DNA of 64,000 nucleotides, from assembly GCA_038150265.1 (NCBI GenBank), contig JAYOTF010000001.1:126690-190689 (forward strand). Direction: 5' to 3'. The first letter of the stretch is position 1. Each line of letters begins with the position of its first letter. The notes beneath the pieces were generated by a model. The model made no database searches and was not told where the DNA came from. It worked only from the letters and a program-made list of their open reading frames with translations. This stretch comes from Deltaproteobacteria bacterium (lineage in GTDB: Bacteria > SAR324 > NAC60-12). This document shows, piece by piece, positions 20,672 through 31,018 of the stretch. A program made the position numbers and the translations under genes.

Positions 20672-22177
20672 TTGCTCTGTCGAGACACACTTTCAAAAGC
20701 ATTCCTTACCCTTACGCTGATCCTCTCCATATCGCCAGCTTTGAGTTACGCCCAAACGAACTTCATCCCACTGGAGCGAGGAGACGTTCGGGAGCGAGAG
20801 GAGCGCCTCATGTTCACGCCCGGAGTTCAGCTTTCCGGGGACTTCCGCTTCCGGACCAGCCTGTTGAGTGGGTCAGAGCTGCCGACTTCCCGTCCGGGAA
20901 CCAACTCTCCGGAAGAGTTCGCGTTTGACCAGGACATCCGCCTGAAGATGCAGACCATTGTGCATCCGATGACCACGATGGTTCTGGAACTGGCCACCGC
21001 TCAGGAGCCTTACTTTCAATCGGATCTGCGGGACTCCAGCGCCAACCAGGTAGGTGAGCCCGACTCACAAACCATTGCCTTGACGGCCCGCCAGTCGTAC
21101 CTGGACCTGAACTTCAACCCCCGCAACACCCTGAGGATCGGGAAGCAGGAGGTCAACGTGGGGGACCGGCGGGGGAAGGTCTTCAATGGCGTCCTCACCG
21201 GATTTGCGCAGCCGAAGTGCCGGACGGGCACCTGGTGTTACGAGTTCGGCGGTTACAAGCTTTCCAGCGCTGATTCCGATTGGCTCTACAGCCTTTCCCT
21301 GGATTACCCTTTTGTGTATGAAGTGGATGCGAGCCAGAACCCGCTGAATGTGATCCGGGCCGAGCTGTTCCGCATCAAGTACACGGAGCATGACATTCCA
21401 GTGGGGACGCGCCTGCACCCCACCGTGAGGCCAACAGACAACAGCACCGATACCCTGCTCACCAACAGCTCTGGAGAGGCGCTCTATTACAATGCTCATG
21501 AGCAGGAGTACTACGGAATCCGCTTCCTCTGGGACACCTCAAGCTTCCGCATCTACTTTGATGCCACCTCGAACATCGGGAACCGGCGGTACTTCACTCA
21601 GTCAGATCGCAACACGCAGGAGCCGTACAAGGTCCGGGGCGTGGCCACGGAGTGGGAGCTGACCTACAAGACCGGGAACGGTGAGCTGAGCCTGCTCTAC
21701 ATGGGCGCGCAGGGAGATGAGGAGCTGGACAACCAAACCGCCAACTACCAGAGGGAGCTTCAGGGGTACTACGAAATTGTTCCCGGAACCTACCAGGGCA
21801 CCCAGTTTTACTTCAATGGCGGCAGCACTGCCCTCAACAGTGGAACCGGACTGGGGCACTCCATCAACAACACCCAGTTGCTGGGGCTCCGCTACCTCTA
21901 CCGAGTTCCGGAAAGTGATTTGGTGTACCGCTTTGGCCTCTACCAGCTCAAGCACATGCAGCCGGTTCTCAGCGCCGAAGGAAACCCCGTCAAGGAAATT
22001 GGGGTAGAATGGGACAACACCTTCTCCTTCCCCCTCGCGAAGCACGTTCAGGCTGACCTCGACCTCAATGTCTTCCAACTGGCTCCGGCCTTTCGGTATG
22101 ACGAAACCAGTGCGCCTCTCGGAAAGAACGGCGAGCTGTTGACCCATGTGGCCGGACGCCTGATCTACTCCTTCTGA
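20672..22177 (+). CDS. Large exported protein, probable outer-membrane beta-barrel
   Basis: Signal peptide, Tyr/Gly-rich strands, terminal RLIYSF; start uncertain. Confidence 0.7.
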   Translation: MLCRDTLSKAFLTLTLILSISPALSYAQTNFIPLERGDVREREERLMFTPGVQLSGDFRFRTSLLSGSELPTSRPGTNSPEEFAFDQDIRLKMQTIVHPMTTMVLELATAQEPYFQSDLRDSSANQVGEPDSQTIALTARQSYLDLNFNPRNTLRIGKQEVNVGDRRGKVFNGVLTGFAQPKCRTGTWCYEFGGYKLSSADSDWLYSLSLDYPFVYEVDASQNPLNVIRAELFRIKYTEHDIPVGTRLHPTVRPTDNSTDTLLTNSSGEALYYNAHEQEYYGIRFLWDTSSFRIYFDATSNIGNRRYFTQSDRNTQEPYKVRGVATEWELTYKTGNGELSLLYMGAQGDEELDNQTANYQRELQGYYEIVPGTYQGTQFYFNGGSTALNSGTGLGHSINNTQLLGLRYLYRVPESDLVYRFGLYQLKHMQPVLSAEGNPVKEIGVEWDNTFSFPLAKHVQADLDLNVFQLAPAFRYDETSAPLGKNGELLTHVAGRLIYSF

Positions 22178-22186
22178 CGGAACTTC

Positions 22187-22777
22187 ATGACCGATCGCAT
22201 TGCCGAGCTGGAGCGCACCACCAAGGAAACCCGCATCCGCGTCAAAGTGAACCTCGACGGCACCGGGCAGCAGAACATCCACACCGGAATCGGATTCCTC
22301 GACCACATGCTCCAGCAGCTTGCTTTTCATGGCCTGCTCGACCTGGAAGTGGAATGTGAGGGCGACCTGCACATCGATGGGCACCACACCACCGAAGACA
22401 TTGCGCTGGCACTGGGACAGGCTGTGCTGGACGCCCTTGGCTCCAAGCAGGGGATTCAGCGCTATGGGCACGCCTACGTTCCGATGGACGAAGCCCTGCT
22501 CCGGTGCGTCCTGGATCTCTCCGGACGTCCGGACTTTGTGATGCAGGGTCAGTTCACGCAGCCGATGATTGGGCAGCTGGATACCCAGCTGATTTCGCAC
22601 TTCTTCAAGTCGTTCGCCATTGCGTCCAAGACGACCCTGCACCTGTCCATTCTTTATGGAGAAAACGATCATCACAAATGCGAGGGGCTCTTCAAGGCGT
22701 TTGCCCGGGCCCTGCGACAGGCTGTGGAAGCAGATCCTCGCCGCACCGAGGTGACGTCTACCAAGGGAGTGCTCTGA
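22187..22777 (+). CDS. hisB: Imidazoleglycerol-phosphate dehydratase
   Basis: RTTKET, FLDHML, DGHHTTED, PMDE, NDHHKCE, STKG. Confidence 0.97.
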   Translation: MTDRIAELERTTKETRIRVKVNLDGTGQQNIHTGIGFLDHMLQQLAFHGLLDLEVECEGDLHIDGHHTTEDIALALGQAVLDALGSKQGIQRYGHAYVPMDEALLRCVLDLSGRPDFVMQGQFTQPMIGQLDTQLISHFFKSFAIASKTTLHLSILYGENDHHKCEGLFKAFARALRQAVEADPRRTEVTSTKGVL

Positions 22778-22778
22778 C

Positions 22779-23384
22779 ATGACGAATGTCATCATTGACT
22801 ACAACGTCGGAAACCTCGCCAATCTGAAAAATGCCCTGGATTTCATTGAGGCCGATGTCGAGGTGGTCAAGACGCCAGAGCCGATCCTGAAGGCATCCCG
22901 GATTCTGCTTCCGGGCGTGGGAGCATTTGGTCCGGCGATGCAACACCTGCGGGACTCCGGAATGCTGGAGGCCATTGAAGCCCGTCGGCAGGCTGGCATC
23001 CCCCTGCTGGGAATCTGTGTTGGCGCACAGCTGCTTCTGGAAGAAGGCGAGGAAGATGGCCCCTTCGCTGGGCTGGGGTGGATTCCGGGAACCGTTCAGC
23101 GCTTTCGGCATGAGCTCAAGGTGCCGCAGATTGGCTGGAATGCGGTCCAGCCCCTTCGTGACGATCCATTGTTTACCGACCTTGCCCCCGGAAGCTTCTT
23201 TTACTTTGTGCATTCCTACCACATGCACCCGACGCATCCGGAACAGGTGCTGGCAGAAACCAACTACGGCTACGCCTTTGCGTCAGTTGTTCGGCGTGAA
23301 AACGTCTGGGGGGTGCAGTTTCATCCGGAGAAGAGCCAAAATGCAGGGCTTCAGCTCCTCAAGAACTTTTGTACGCTGACCTGA
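22779..23384 (+). CDS. hisH: Imidazole glycerol phosphate synthase glutaminase subunit
   Basis: LPGVGAF, LGICVGAQ, YFVHSY, QFHPEKS. Confidence 0.96.
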   Translation: MTNVIIDYNVGNLANLKNALDFIEADVEVVKTPEPILKASRILLPGVGAFGPAMQHLRDSGMLEAIEARRQAGIPLLGICVGAQLLLEEGEEDGPFAGLGWIPGTVQRFRHELKVPQIGWNAVQPLRDDPLFTDLAPGSFFYFVHSYHMHPTHPEQVLAETNYGYAFASVVRRENVWGVQFHPEKSQNAGLQLLKNFCTLT

Positions 23385-23401
23385 GTGGGTCAGTTTTTTT
23401 T
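23376..23401 (+). terminator. Rho-independent terminator after hisH
   Basis: CTGACCT-GAGT-GGGTCAG stem-loop followed by T8. Confidence 0.7.
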
Positions 23402-23424
23402 AACTCTAGCCAATCAATCCGAAA

Positions 23425-23856
23425 ATGGCCATTGAGCAAACCCTTTCGATCATCAAGCCTGATGGTGTGGAACGCAACCTGGTAGGATCCATCCTGCAGC
23501 GCTTTGAGCAAAACGGACTGCGCATTGTCGCAACCAAGATGAAGCACCTCTCGCTTCGGGAAGCCGAAGGGTTTTACGACGTCCACCGCGAGCGCCCATT
23601 CTTTGGCGAACTGACGGAGTTCATGACCCGGAGTGCCGTTGTGGTGACGGTTCTGGAAGGAGAGAATGCGGTGGCCAAGCACCGTGAAGTGATGGGCGCC
23701 ACCAATCCCGCCGATGCCGCTGAGGGCACCATCCGCAAGGATTTTGCCCAGAGCATTGGCGAGAACACCGTTCATGGCTCCGACAGCCTGGAGAATGCCG
23801 CAATTGAAATTGCGTACTTCTTTTCAAAGACGGAGCTGGTGAACTCCGGCCAGTAA
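23425..23856 (+). CDS. ndk: Nucleoside diphosphate kinase
   Basis: [20 protein letters not shown]. Confidence 0.98.
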   Translation: MAIEQTLSIIKPDGVERNLVGSILQRFEQNGLRIVATKMKHLSLREAEGFYDVHRERPFFGELTEFMTRSAVVVTVLEGENAVAKHREVMGATNPADAAEGTIRKDFAQSIGENTVHGSDSLENAAIEIAYFFSKTELVNSGQ

Positions 23857-23860
23857 GCCT

Positions 23861-23890
23861 GAGCCGGTTCTTCTGTGGAGGAGCCGGTTT
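23861..23890. terminator. Hairpin between convergent ndk and yihA
   Basis: GAGCCGGTTCTTC-TGTG-GAGGAGCCGGTTT can pair with G-U pairs. Confidence 0.4.
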
Positions 23891-24494
23891 ACGCCGAGTC
23901 CTCCCGAACCCCCGCCAACCCAAGCCAGGGACCCAGTGCCTGCCAGATGTCGGCTCGCCCCATTTTGGCCAGCGATGAGTGCTTGAGCGGTGGCTCGGGA
24001 AGGCTCAGGGTTTCTCGGATGAGCTTCATCTGCTTGGGGATGTCGTTTTTGCGAAGCTTATCAATTTTGTTGGCGACCACCAAGGTGGGACGCTGATGGA
24101 AGTCGAGCCACTCCTTGAGTTGCAGGTCCTGCTTGGTGGGGCCGTGGCGACTGTCGATGATCAGGACCACTCCGGTCAGCTGTTCCCTCTGAGAGAGATA
24201 AGCTTCAATGAGCTTCCGCCATCCGGAACTGACTGAGTCCGGCACCTTGGCGTAGCCGTAACCGGGCAGGTCCACGCAGTGGAACTGCTGATTGATGATG
24301 AAAAAGTTGATCAGCTGAGTCTTTCCCGGAGTGGCACTGGTCTTGACCAGCCCCTTGCGGTTGAGCAGGGAGTTGATCAGCGTGGACTTCCCCACGTTCG
24401 AACGACCTGCAAATGCCACCTCCGGAAGTGTGGTGGCCGGAAACTGATGAGGGGCAGCGGCGCTGAGTACCAGCTCGGAGGAGTTGATTTTCAC
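23889..24494 (-). CDS. yihA: GTP-binding protein YihA/EngB
   Basis: GRSNVGKS, PGKTQ, DLPGYG, NKID. Confidence 0.96.
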   Translation of the reverse strand: MKINSSELVLSAAAPHQFPATTLPEVAFAGRSNVGKSTLINSLLNRKGLVKTSATPGKTQLINFFIINQQFHCVDLPGYGYAKVPDSVSSGWRKLIEAYLSQREQLTGVVLIIDSRHGPTKQDLQLKEWLDFHQRPTLVVANKIDKLRKNDIPKQMKLIRETLSLPEPPLKHSSLAKMGRADIWQALGPWLGLAGVREDSA

Positions 24495-25630
24495 GAAGGA
24501 TCCTTTTCCGAACGAGAAGGCCCTTCTGAACCAGAGCCCGGTTTTGCTGAACCTTCCTGTTCGGGCGCCGTGGGTTCGACGGGTGGATCAGGGCGAGGAG
24601 CCTCAGCAGAGGTCTCCGGAGCAGCAGCCTCTGGCTGCAGAGGCCCTTCCGGAGCGTTCGGGTGGAGCTCTGTGGTTTCAGCGGATTTCTCCGACTCGGC
24701 AGCCGGAGCCTCTGGCGTTTCCGGGACAGGCTGCTGGGCGGCCTCAGAAAGTTCTACCGTGTCTTCCGACGGAGCCGAGGTGCGCAGGGAGGCACCAAAC
24801 AGCTGCTGGGCGGCCTGGTCCAGTGACTGAAGCGGGAAGTCCGGCTCTCGGTGAGCAAGGTCAAAGTACAGCAGCGCGGAGAGCAGAGCCGCAAACGGGG
24901 CAAAGATCAGGGCTGTCAGGTGCTGAGCCCAGCTGATCGACTGCAGAAATCCGGAGCTGGTGAGCAGCTGCTCCAGCATCGACACTTGTTGCTCATCCAT
25001 TTCCATGGTCAAATTCTGGGCAGAATCGAGGCTGGGGAGAAAGAGCTGCAGGACCAGAAACAAGATTCCGATTTGCACCGCGTAGCTGAACAAGGTAACA
25101 CTAAACACTCGGGGCAGGTTCTGACGGACCAGCCGGAAGCTCCGGATGAGGGCCTGTAGCCCACGGAGGCCTTCAATGGCATACACCTGCTGAGCAAGCG
25201 CAAAGAAGAAGTGGCTCAGCATCCAGAAGGCGACCAGCAGGAAGTTCATCGGAAAGGGGAGCATGACCCCAGTGAGTCCAAGAAAGCGGATCATGTACAG
25301 CAGCACCGCAATGTGGACGGCCCCGAAGAACATCCGAGACCGCAGGAGGTTCAGCAGCTTGCCCGTCGGAAAAATGGTTCCGGCTGCCAGCGCGATCACT
25401 CCCAGGGCCATGGTGGCCTCAAGCACCCCCATCATGAGGGTCATGGCAAGTTGCTCCATCTGAAAGAGGGAGCCTCCATCAGCCTGCATGCCTCCGACAA
25501 TGGCGAGCAGCATGGAAGGCATCAACAGGACCAGCGTCAGCGTCAGCATGGCCAGCCAGTGGTTCTGGTACAGCCGGAAGCTGATGCGTAGAAGCGTGCC
25601 GACCGAGTGCGGGTAAGTAAGGAGGTTCAT
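24491..25630 (-). CDS. Multi-TM membrane protein with Pro/Glu/Ala-rich disordered C-tail
   Basis: About 6 hydrophobic segments, ALIRSFRLVR and LLYFDL motifs, ~100-aa low-complexity tail. Confidence 0.75.
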   Translation of the reverse strand: MNLLTYPHSVGTLLRISFRLYQNHWLAMLTLTLVLLMPSMLLAIVGGMQADGGSLFQMEQLAMTLMMGVLEATMALGVIALAAGTIFPTGKLLNLLRSRMFFGAVHIAVLLYMIRFLGLTGVMLPFPMNFLLVAFWMLSHFFFALAQQVYAIEGLRGLQALIRSFRLVRQNLPRVFSVTLFSYAVQIGILFLVLQLFLPSLDSAQNLTMEMDEQQVSMLEQLLTSSGFLQSISWAQHLTALIFAPFAALLSALLYFDLAHREPDFPLQSLDQAAQQLFGASLRTSAPSEDTVELSEAAQQPVPETPEAPAAESEKSAETTELHPNAPEGPLQPEAAAPETSAEAPRPDPPVEPTAPEQEGSAKPGSGSEGPSRSEKDPS

Positions 25631-25710
25631 TCAGTTCCAGTTAGTTTGTTGCGGATCAATTAGGAGACGTGATGAAGAACACTCTACCAAACCTAAAGTT
25701 TTCATGACAA

Positions 25711-26706
25711 GTGGAAGCATCTGAACGGATCCTCTTGGACGAAACCGATCTGCTGGTTGAGAACCTCCGTCAGGAGGTTTCTCGTCTGCGAGAGGAGTTG
25801 ACGTCCCTTCAGCGTGAGTCGCGCTATCGGCTGGAAGAAGAGCGAGAACAGCACCGTCGGGTTCTGAAAGAAGAGCGGACCTCCATTGAAGAACGGCTCC
25901 GGGCGCAGCAGCAGCGCTTCGCGGAGGAACTTGCCGAGCAGCACAAACTGTTCCGGACGCTGCAAGAGCGCGTGGCGACCTATGAAGCAGCAGTGCACAC
26001 CGAAAGTCCACAGGTGCTGATGGAGCATCATCCGGGGCAGGCGCTGGGGCATCTGTTGCTTCAGCTGGACCCTCAACTGGTTCGCATCAGTGAGCAGTTG
26101 GCGCGTGCAGGGCTCAAGGAGGCCCACCCGGATGTGGTGGGGCTGCTTCACAACTGCCGCAAGGAGGCGGATCACACCCTCCAGCAGGTCCGGAGGCTTC
26201 AGGCGTACACAGAAGACTGGGAAACCGCTCCGGAGCTGCATCCGGGGGAAGTGGAGCTGCTGGCCTTCTTCAAGGAACTGGCGCGTCAGCAAAACTGGAT
26301 GGGGCAGCACGTTCGGCTCTTTGCGTCTCCGAAGCTGCCTCAGGTCGCTCATTTTGACGAGGCGCTGCTCCGGGAAGCGCTGCTGACCCTCCTGAAGCAG
26401 ATCCACCTCTTTGTTCCGGAAGCCCCGGTCCGGATCACCCTGAAGCGCAGCCTGGTTCCGGAGTCGGAAGTTCCGCGCATGCACATCCTGCTGATCAGTG
26501 ACCAGCCCTGGAGGTTTTCAGATGCCAGCCCCCTGCGGTCGTTGCTGCAGGAAACGCTGGTTCGCTCAGAGCTGCTGGGGTTGGACTTCCTTGTGGCCTA
26601 CCAGTACATCACGCTCCACGAAGGGGCCCTGCACTTTTTGGAAGAAGAGGGCCAGGTGGTGGGCTTTGAGGTCCTCATTCCCCTGCACGATCCTCCGGAA
26701 GAGTAG
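25711..26706 (+). CDS. Coiled-coil protein with a degenerate histidine-kinase-like ATPase domain
   Basis: E/R/Q-rich coiled coil; C-terminal half follows the HATPase_c pattern without N/G1/G2 residues. Confidence 0.6.
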   Translation: MEASERILLDETDLLVENLRQEVSRLREELTSLQRESRYRLEEEREQHRRVLKEERTSIEERLRAQQQRFAEELAEQHKLFRTLQERVATYEAAVHTESPQVLMEHHPGQALGHLLLQLDPQLVRISEQLARAGLKEAHPDVVGLLHNCRKEADHTLQQVRRLQAYTEDWETAPELHPGEVELLAFFKELARQQNWMGQHVRLFASPKLPQVAHFDEALLREALLTLLKQIHLFVPEAPVRITLKRSLVPESEVPRMHILLISDQPWRFSDASPLRSLLQETLVRSELLGLDFLVAYQYITLHEGALHFLEEEGQVVGFEVLIPLHDPPEE

Positions 26707-28231
26707 CCGGTTTCGGCAAGCGTCCATAGGTCCGGGTGATCAACCGCAACCAGTCGGCCGGCACGCGCTCGAGGTCTCCTTCCTGATAACGCCACCTCCA
26801 GTTGGAGCCCCCGACGGTTCCGGGAGTGTTCATGCGGGCGGTGGTGTCCAATCCCAGTAAATCCTGAAGTGGAACCAGCGCCAGCTGAGCGGTGGTGGAC
26901 CAGGTGGTCCGGATCAGCTCATAGCAGACGTTTTCCTCGTGGAGGTCTCGGCTGAGGTAGTGGTTGAGGAACTCCCGCTCCGGCGTCTCCAGCGTCCGGA
27001 ACCACCCGAGGAGGGTATCGTTGTCGTGGGTGCCGGTGTAAGCGACTGAGTCCGCGCCTGTGATGTTGTGAGGAAGGTAGAGGTTGTCTGGATCCGAGAA
27101 GGCAAATTGCAGGATCTTCATTCCCGGAAACGCGCACTGCTGACGCAGGGCATGGACTTCTTCCGTGATGAGCCCCAGGTCTTCGGCAATCACCGGCAGC
27201 TTCCCGAGGTCCTGCTGCACCCGCTTGAAGAAGGCAAACCCGGGTCCGGGCTTCCAGCTACCGTTCATGGCAGTCGGCTCCGAAGCCGGGATCTCCCAGT
27301 ACGACTCAAAGCCTCGAAAGTGATCGATCCGGATGAGGTCGAACTGACTCAGCAGGCTACCGAGCCGTTGCCGCCACCAGAGGAACCCGGTTTTGGCCAG
27401 CTTGTCCCAGCGGTAAAGCGGGTTTCCCCAGCGTTGCCCTGTTTCGCTGAAGTAGTCCGGAGGCACGCCAGCGATTACGTTGGGCTGCCCGGAGTCGTCG
27501 AGCTCAAACAACTCCGGATGTGCCCAGACATCGGCGCTTTCGTGAGAAACGAAGATGGGCAGGTCTCCGATGATCCGGACGCCCAGCTGGTTGGCGTGCT
27601 GCTTCAGCGCCTGCCACTGTTCGGCGCCTACCCACTGCACAAAGCGCTGGAAGTCCAGGGCCTCGGCCTGCTCGTTCCGGAAGGTCCGCATGGCTGTGAT
27701 GCGCCGCTTTCGTGAGCCCTCGGGCCACTGCGTCCAGGAACCCTCGCCGTGGAGCTCCTTGAGGACCATGAATGCCGCATAATCTTCGAGCCAGTACGCC
27801 TGTTCCTCGCACCACTGTCGCCACGCTTGCTGATCGGCAGCCGTTCCGGTTTCCAGGAAGCCGTCAAATGCGGTCCGGAGGAGCCTGGTTTTTCGGACCT
27901 CTGCTTCAGCAAAGTGAGCCGCCCCAGCCGGAAGCGGCTCCAGCGCCTCCAGGGTTTCTGCCGGAAGCCATCCGGTTTCAGCGAGCTTCTCCAAGCTGAT
28001 GAGCAGGGGGTTGAGGGCAAAGGCGGATGGGCTTTGGTACGGAGAAAACCCGTAGCCGACTGGGCCAAGAGGAAGGACCTGCCAGAGGGTCTGGTTCCAC
28101 TCCGCCAGCTTTTCCACAAACTGAAAGGCCGCAGGGCCGAGGTCTCCCAGTCCGTGGGGACCCGGCAGAGAGGTGGGGTGCAGCAGAACTCCGGAGCAGC
28201 GCTCCTGAAGCCAGGAATTGGGCGACGACAT
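26675..28231 (-). CDS. malQ: 4-alpha-glucanotransferase (amylomaltase, GH77)
   Basis: GVLLHPTSLP, WQVLPLGP, GVPPDYFS, RIDHFRG, AEDLG, YTGTHDN. Confidence 0.97.
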   Translation of the reverse strand: MSSPNSWLQERCSGVLLHPTSLPGPHGLGDLGPAAFQFVEKLAEWNQTLWQVLPLGPVGYGFSPYQSPSAFALNPLLISLEKLAETGWLPAETLEALEPLPAGAAHFAEAEVRKTRLLRTAFDGFLETGTAADQQAWRQWCEEQAYWLEDYAAFMVLKELHGEGSWTQWPEGSRKRRITAMRTFRNEQAEALDFQRFVQWVGAEQWQALKQHANQLGVRIIGDLPIFVSHESADVWAHPELFELDDSGQPNVIAGVPPDYFSETGQRWGNPLYRWDKLAKTGFLWWRQRLGSLLSQFDLIRIDHFRGFESYWEIPASEPTAMNGSWKPGPGFAFFKRVQQDLGKLPVIAEDLGLITEEVHALRQQCAFPGMKILQFAFSDPDNLYLPHNITGADSVAYTGTHDNDTLLGWFRTLETPEREFLNHYLSRDLHEENVCYELIRTTWSTTAQLALVPLQDLLGLDTTARMNTPGTVGGSNWRWRYQEGDLERVPADWLRLITRTYGRLPKPATLPEDRAGE

Positions 28232-28334
28232 GACGTGAACGATGATGAGCCAGTGGGAAAAATTGAAGGGAATGGAGGCTTAAACCAAGCCGGATTCAAA
28301 TCCTGCTACAGGATCTGGAAAGGCGGGGTGGACG

Positions 28335-28356
28335 AGAGCCGTTCGGTGACGGCTCT
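28335..28356 (-). terminator. Stem-loop downstream of the 28364 gene
   Basis: AGAGCCGT-N6-ACGGCTCT perfect 8-bp stem; no clear U-tract. Confidence 0.35.
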
Positions 28357-28363
28357 GACGGTT

Positions 28364-29104
28364 TTACAGATCCCGTGAGTACTTGAGGGCAAAGCCAACG
28401 TTGAAGTTCTTCGTCTCGAAAGTCTCTCCTCCCACGTTGATTTTTCCTTCGGAAAGTTCCTTGAAGAGATCGAAGTGGAAGTTGCTTCGCTTGTCAGCAG
28501 ACGGAACAATGTAGGAGCCTCCAAAGGCGTAGATGGTTCCGTCGTAGGTCGCGGTTTCTCGGGTGTAGCGTTGGCCGCTGTCGTTTTCACCTGTCAGGAA
28601 GAAGTTGAAATCCGGTGTGAGGATCTTGGTGACTTTTCCAAACGGATAGAAGCCCAGAACCTGAATGGGGCCTTTTTCCAAGGCCAGTTCCAGCTCTCCT
28701 CCATAGAGCAGCGAGGTTCCATCAAGGGCCGTGTTGTCTGTTTCAGCCTCCAGCGTCAACAGACCTCCCACAACGCCATAACGAAGGGCAAGGGACTGAT
28801 CGAAGAGGCCAATTTGGCCCCCATACCCAATCCGGAGCATCCCAACCACCGGCGTGAGTTGATCATAGAACTTATCAGACGTGGCGTTGTCGTAACGGGA
28901 ATCAATGTCCGAAACAGACGAACAGGTAGAAGGGTCTGAGACCTTGTCAAAGGCACAGAAGTCCACCGAGTCTGCACTGGTCCCAAATTTGGTGACCGTG
29001 GCAATGGAGCCTGAGTTGGCCGTGTAGGTCAGGCTCAGGTAATCCGCAAAGGCCCACGGGACAAAACCAAACAGGCCAATGAGAAAAATTCCAAGTTGCT
29101 TCAT
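28364..29104 (-). CDS. Exported hypothetical protein, possible beta-barrel
   Basis: Signal peptide MKQLGIFLIGLFGFVPWAFA; C-terminal NFNVGFALKY. Confidence 0.7.
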   Translation of the reverse strand: MKQLGIFLIGLFGFVPWAFADYLSLTYTANSGSIATVTKFGTSADSVDFCAFDKVSDPSTCSSVSDIDSRYDNATSDKFYDQLTPVVGMLRIGYGGQIGLFDQSLALRYGVVGGLLTLEAETDNTALDGTSLLYGGELELALEKGPIQVLGFYPFGKVTKILTPDFNFFLTGENDSGQRYTRETATYDGTIYAFGGSYIVPSADKRSNFHFDLFKELSEGKINVGGETFETKNFNVGFALKYSRDL

Positions 29105-29291
29105 GGGAAACATCCTTGTTGGAGAAACAGGATCAGGCTGGGGGCAGCACTGTTGGGATATCCCTCTTTTCGGCATTTTGGGGTAAAACTTTAGTGGGTT
29201 CCGGGAAAAGCAACGTAGGGGGCCACTGCAGGGACCCCGAGAAGGGATTCATTTGGCCTGGAAAGAGGCATTCACTAAACACGGAGGGAGT

Positions 29292-29693
29292 GTGATGAGA
29301 GCACTTTGGGCGAGCCTGCTGCTGCTTGGGGCAAGCACACTGAGCGCTGCTGAGTATTACTGCCAGACCGAGTTTTACCTTGGGTTCAACTCGCAAGAAG
29401 ATGGGACGGCGACCACGTACCGGTTGCTGTCAGACAACCGCTACATCCTCAACACCCAGCAGGAACAGCTTTCGGTCTTTCGTCCAAATGACGATGCTGA
29501 TCTGTGCGCCTCCTCATGGCCTGACTGGGAGGTGGGCATCTGTCAGTGCCTGCGGACGAGCGAGAACGGGCCGACCCTCATGGGCTACGTCTCCTTCAAT
29601 CCCAAGAACCTCAAGTTTTCGGTGATGTCGTTGGAAAGAGTGGGATACGAGACCCTCCATGGCGGACTCTGCCGCAGGGTGGAGGGCTCGTAG
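29292..29693 (+). CDS. Exported Cys-containing hypothetical protein
   Basis: GGAGG RBS, signal peptide MRALWASLLLLGASTLSA. Confidence 0.65.
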   Translation: MMRALWASLLLLGASTLSAAEYYCQTEFYLGFNSQEDGTATTYRLLSDNRYILNTQQEQLSVFRPNDDADLCASSWPDWEVGICQCLRTSENGPTLMGYVSFNPKNLKFSVMSLERVGYETLHGGLCRRVEGS

Positions 29694-29699
29694 GCTCGC

Positions 29700-31016
29700 C
29701 TACTGCTTGGGCAGGCGCAGGTCAATGAGGTGGGTGGAGCACGAGATGCAGGGGTCGTACGCCCGGGCCAGCCGCTCCAGGTTGGCCTTGAGCAGTGTCT
29801 CTCCGCCTTCCCGGTCGTGCTCGAGCCAGTGCTGCACCGTCTGGCGAATGTCAGCCTCAATCTGGGCAAGGTTCTGTGCAGTGGGCGTGACAATATCTGC
29901 ATCAATCACCACCCCGCCCGTGTTGAGGGTGTAGCTGTGGAAGAGCGTCCCCCGAGGCACCTCCATGGCTGCAGTTCCCGTTCGGTCTTCCTTTGGCAGC
30001 GAAATGGAAACGGGCGGAGGGGGTTCCGGAAGGCTTCCCAGCTCCTGGCACAGCTCAATGGCCTGCTCACAGCAGTGAACCAGTTCAATGAACTGTCCGG
30101 CGTTGTTCAGCAACGGATTGGGCGGAACCTGCGCCCCGAAGAGTCGGTCGGCCACGCGAGCGGCTTCCCCCTTGAGCTGATCCCGGTGATGCGTCAGGCG
30201 CGCCAGGGATCCGACCATGAAGGGCTGATCGGAGTAGAGCGACTGCTTGGCCGTGGAGTGCTTGACCACGCTCTCATTCACAAACTTCCGGAACTCCGCA
30301 ACAGGAACGGCTTCTGAAGCACTGGCGTGGATGGTGCGGCCAATGCCGAGTCCCAGGTCGTTGCGTTCCGGAGCCAGTGCCACAAAGGTCCGGTCTGACT
30401 GAGCGAAGTTCGGGTTTTCCAAAGAGGCCACCAGTGGCTCCATGCTTTCAAGAATCCGCAGGCACGCCTCGGCTTCCTTGCGGATTTCGTCAAAGACCTT
30501 CTTTGCCGGCCAGGTGCCGACTCCGCCCACCAGCATGTTGACCGGATGGATGGCCCGTCCGCCAATGCGTTCCTGAATCAGGTTCCCAAATTTCTTCAGC
30601 CGGAGGGCTCCCTTGACTTCGTTGCCGTGCTGCTGCTGCATGTCCAGCACACTGGGCAGGCCGAGGTAGTCGGGAACTGCCAGCATGAAGAAGTGCAGGG
30701 CATGAGACTCGATCATCTCGCCATGGTTGAGGAGGTCCCGCAACCGCAGAACCGGCTCCGGAACCTCAATCTGGAGGGCGTCTTCCAGGGCCGTGATGGA
30801 GCAGAGTGCGTGCGCCGCCGAGCAGATGGCACAAACGCGGCAGACGATTCCCGGAACCTCGCGGTAAGGGTGCCCCCGCAGGAGCGCCTCGTAGAAGCGA
30901 GAGCCTTCGAAGATGCCCATCTGACAGGAAACCTGGTCCTGCTCATCCAATGTGACCTGAATGCCCCCATGCCCTTCGACGCGATAGAGGTGGGGAATTT
31001 CAATAACCTGTCCCAT
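29700..31016 (-). CDS. hydA: [NiFe]-hydrogenase group 3b large (alpha) subunit
   Basis: RVEGHG, L1 RVCAIC, EVPRG, L2 DPCISCSTH with cleavable C-tail. Confidence 0.93.
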   Translation of the reverse strand: MGQVIEIPHLYRVEGHGGIQVTLDEQDQVSCQMGIFEGSRFYEALLRGHPYREVPGIVCRVCAICSAAHALCSITALEDALQIEVPEPVLRLRDLLNHGEMIESHALHFFMLAVPDYLGLPSVLDMQQQHGNEVKGALRLKKFGNLIQERIGGRAIHPVNMLVGGVGTWPAKKVFDEIRKEAEACLRILESMEPLVASLENPNFAQSDRTFVALAPERNDLGLGIGRTIHASASEAVPVAEFRKFVNESVVKHSTAKQSLYSDQPFMVGSLARLTHHRDQLKGEAARVADRLFGAQVPPNPLLNNAGQFIELVHCCEQAIELCQELGSLPEPPPPVSISLPKEDRTGTAAMEVPRGTLFHSYTLNTGGVVIDADIVTPTAQNLAQIEADIRQTVQHWLEHDREGGETLLKANLERLARAYDPCISCSTHLIDLRLPKQ

Positions 31017-31018
31017 GC

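Noticed and set aside
24491..24800. Repeat element in the Pro/Glu/Ala-rich tail
   Set aside because: Low-complexity disordered protein tail without regular DNA repeat units.
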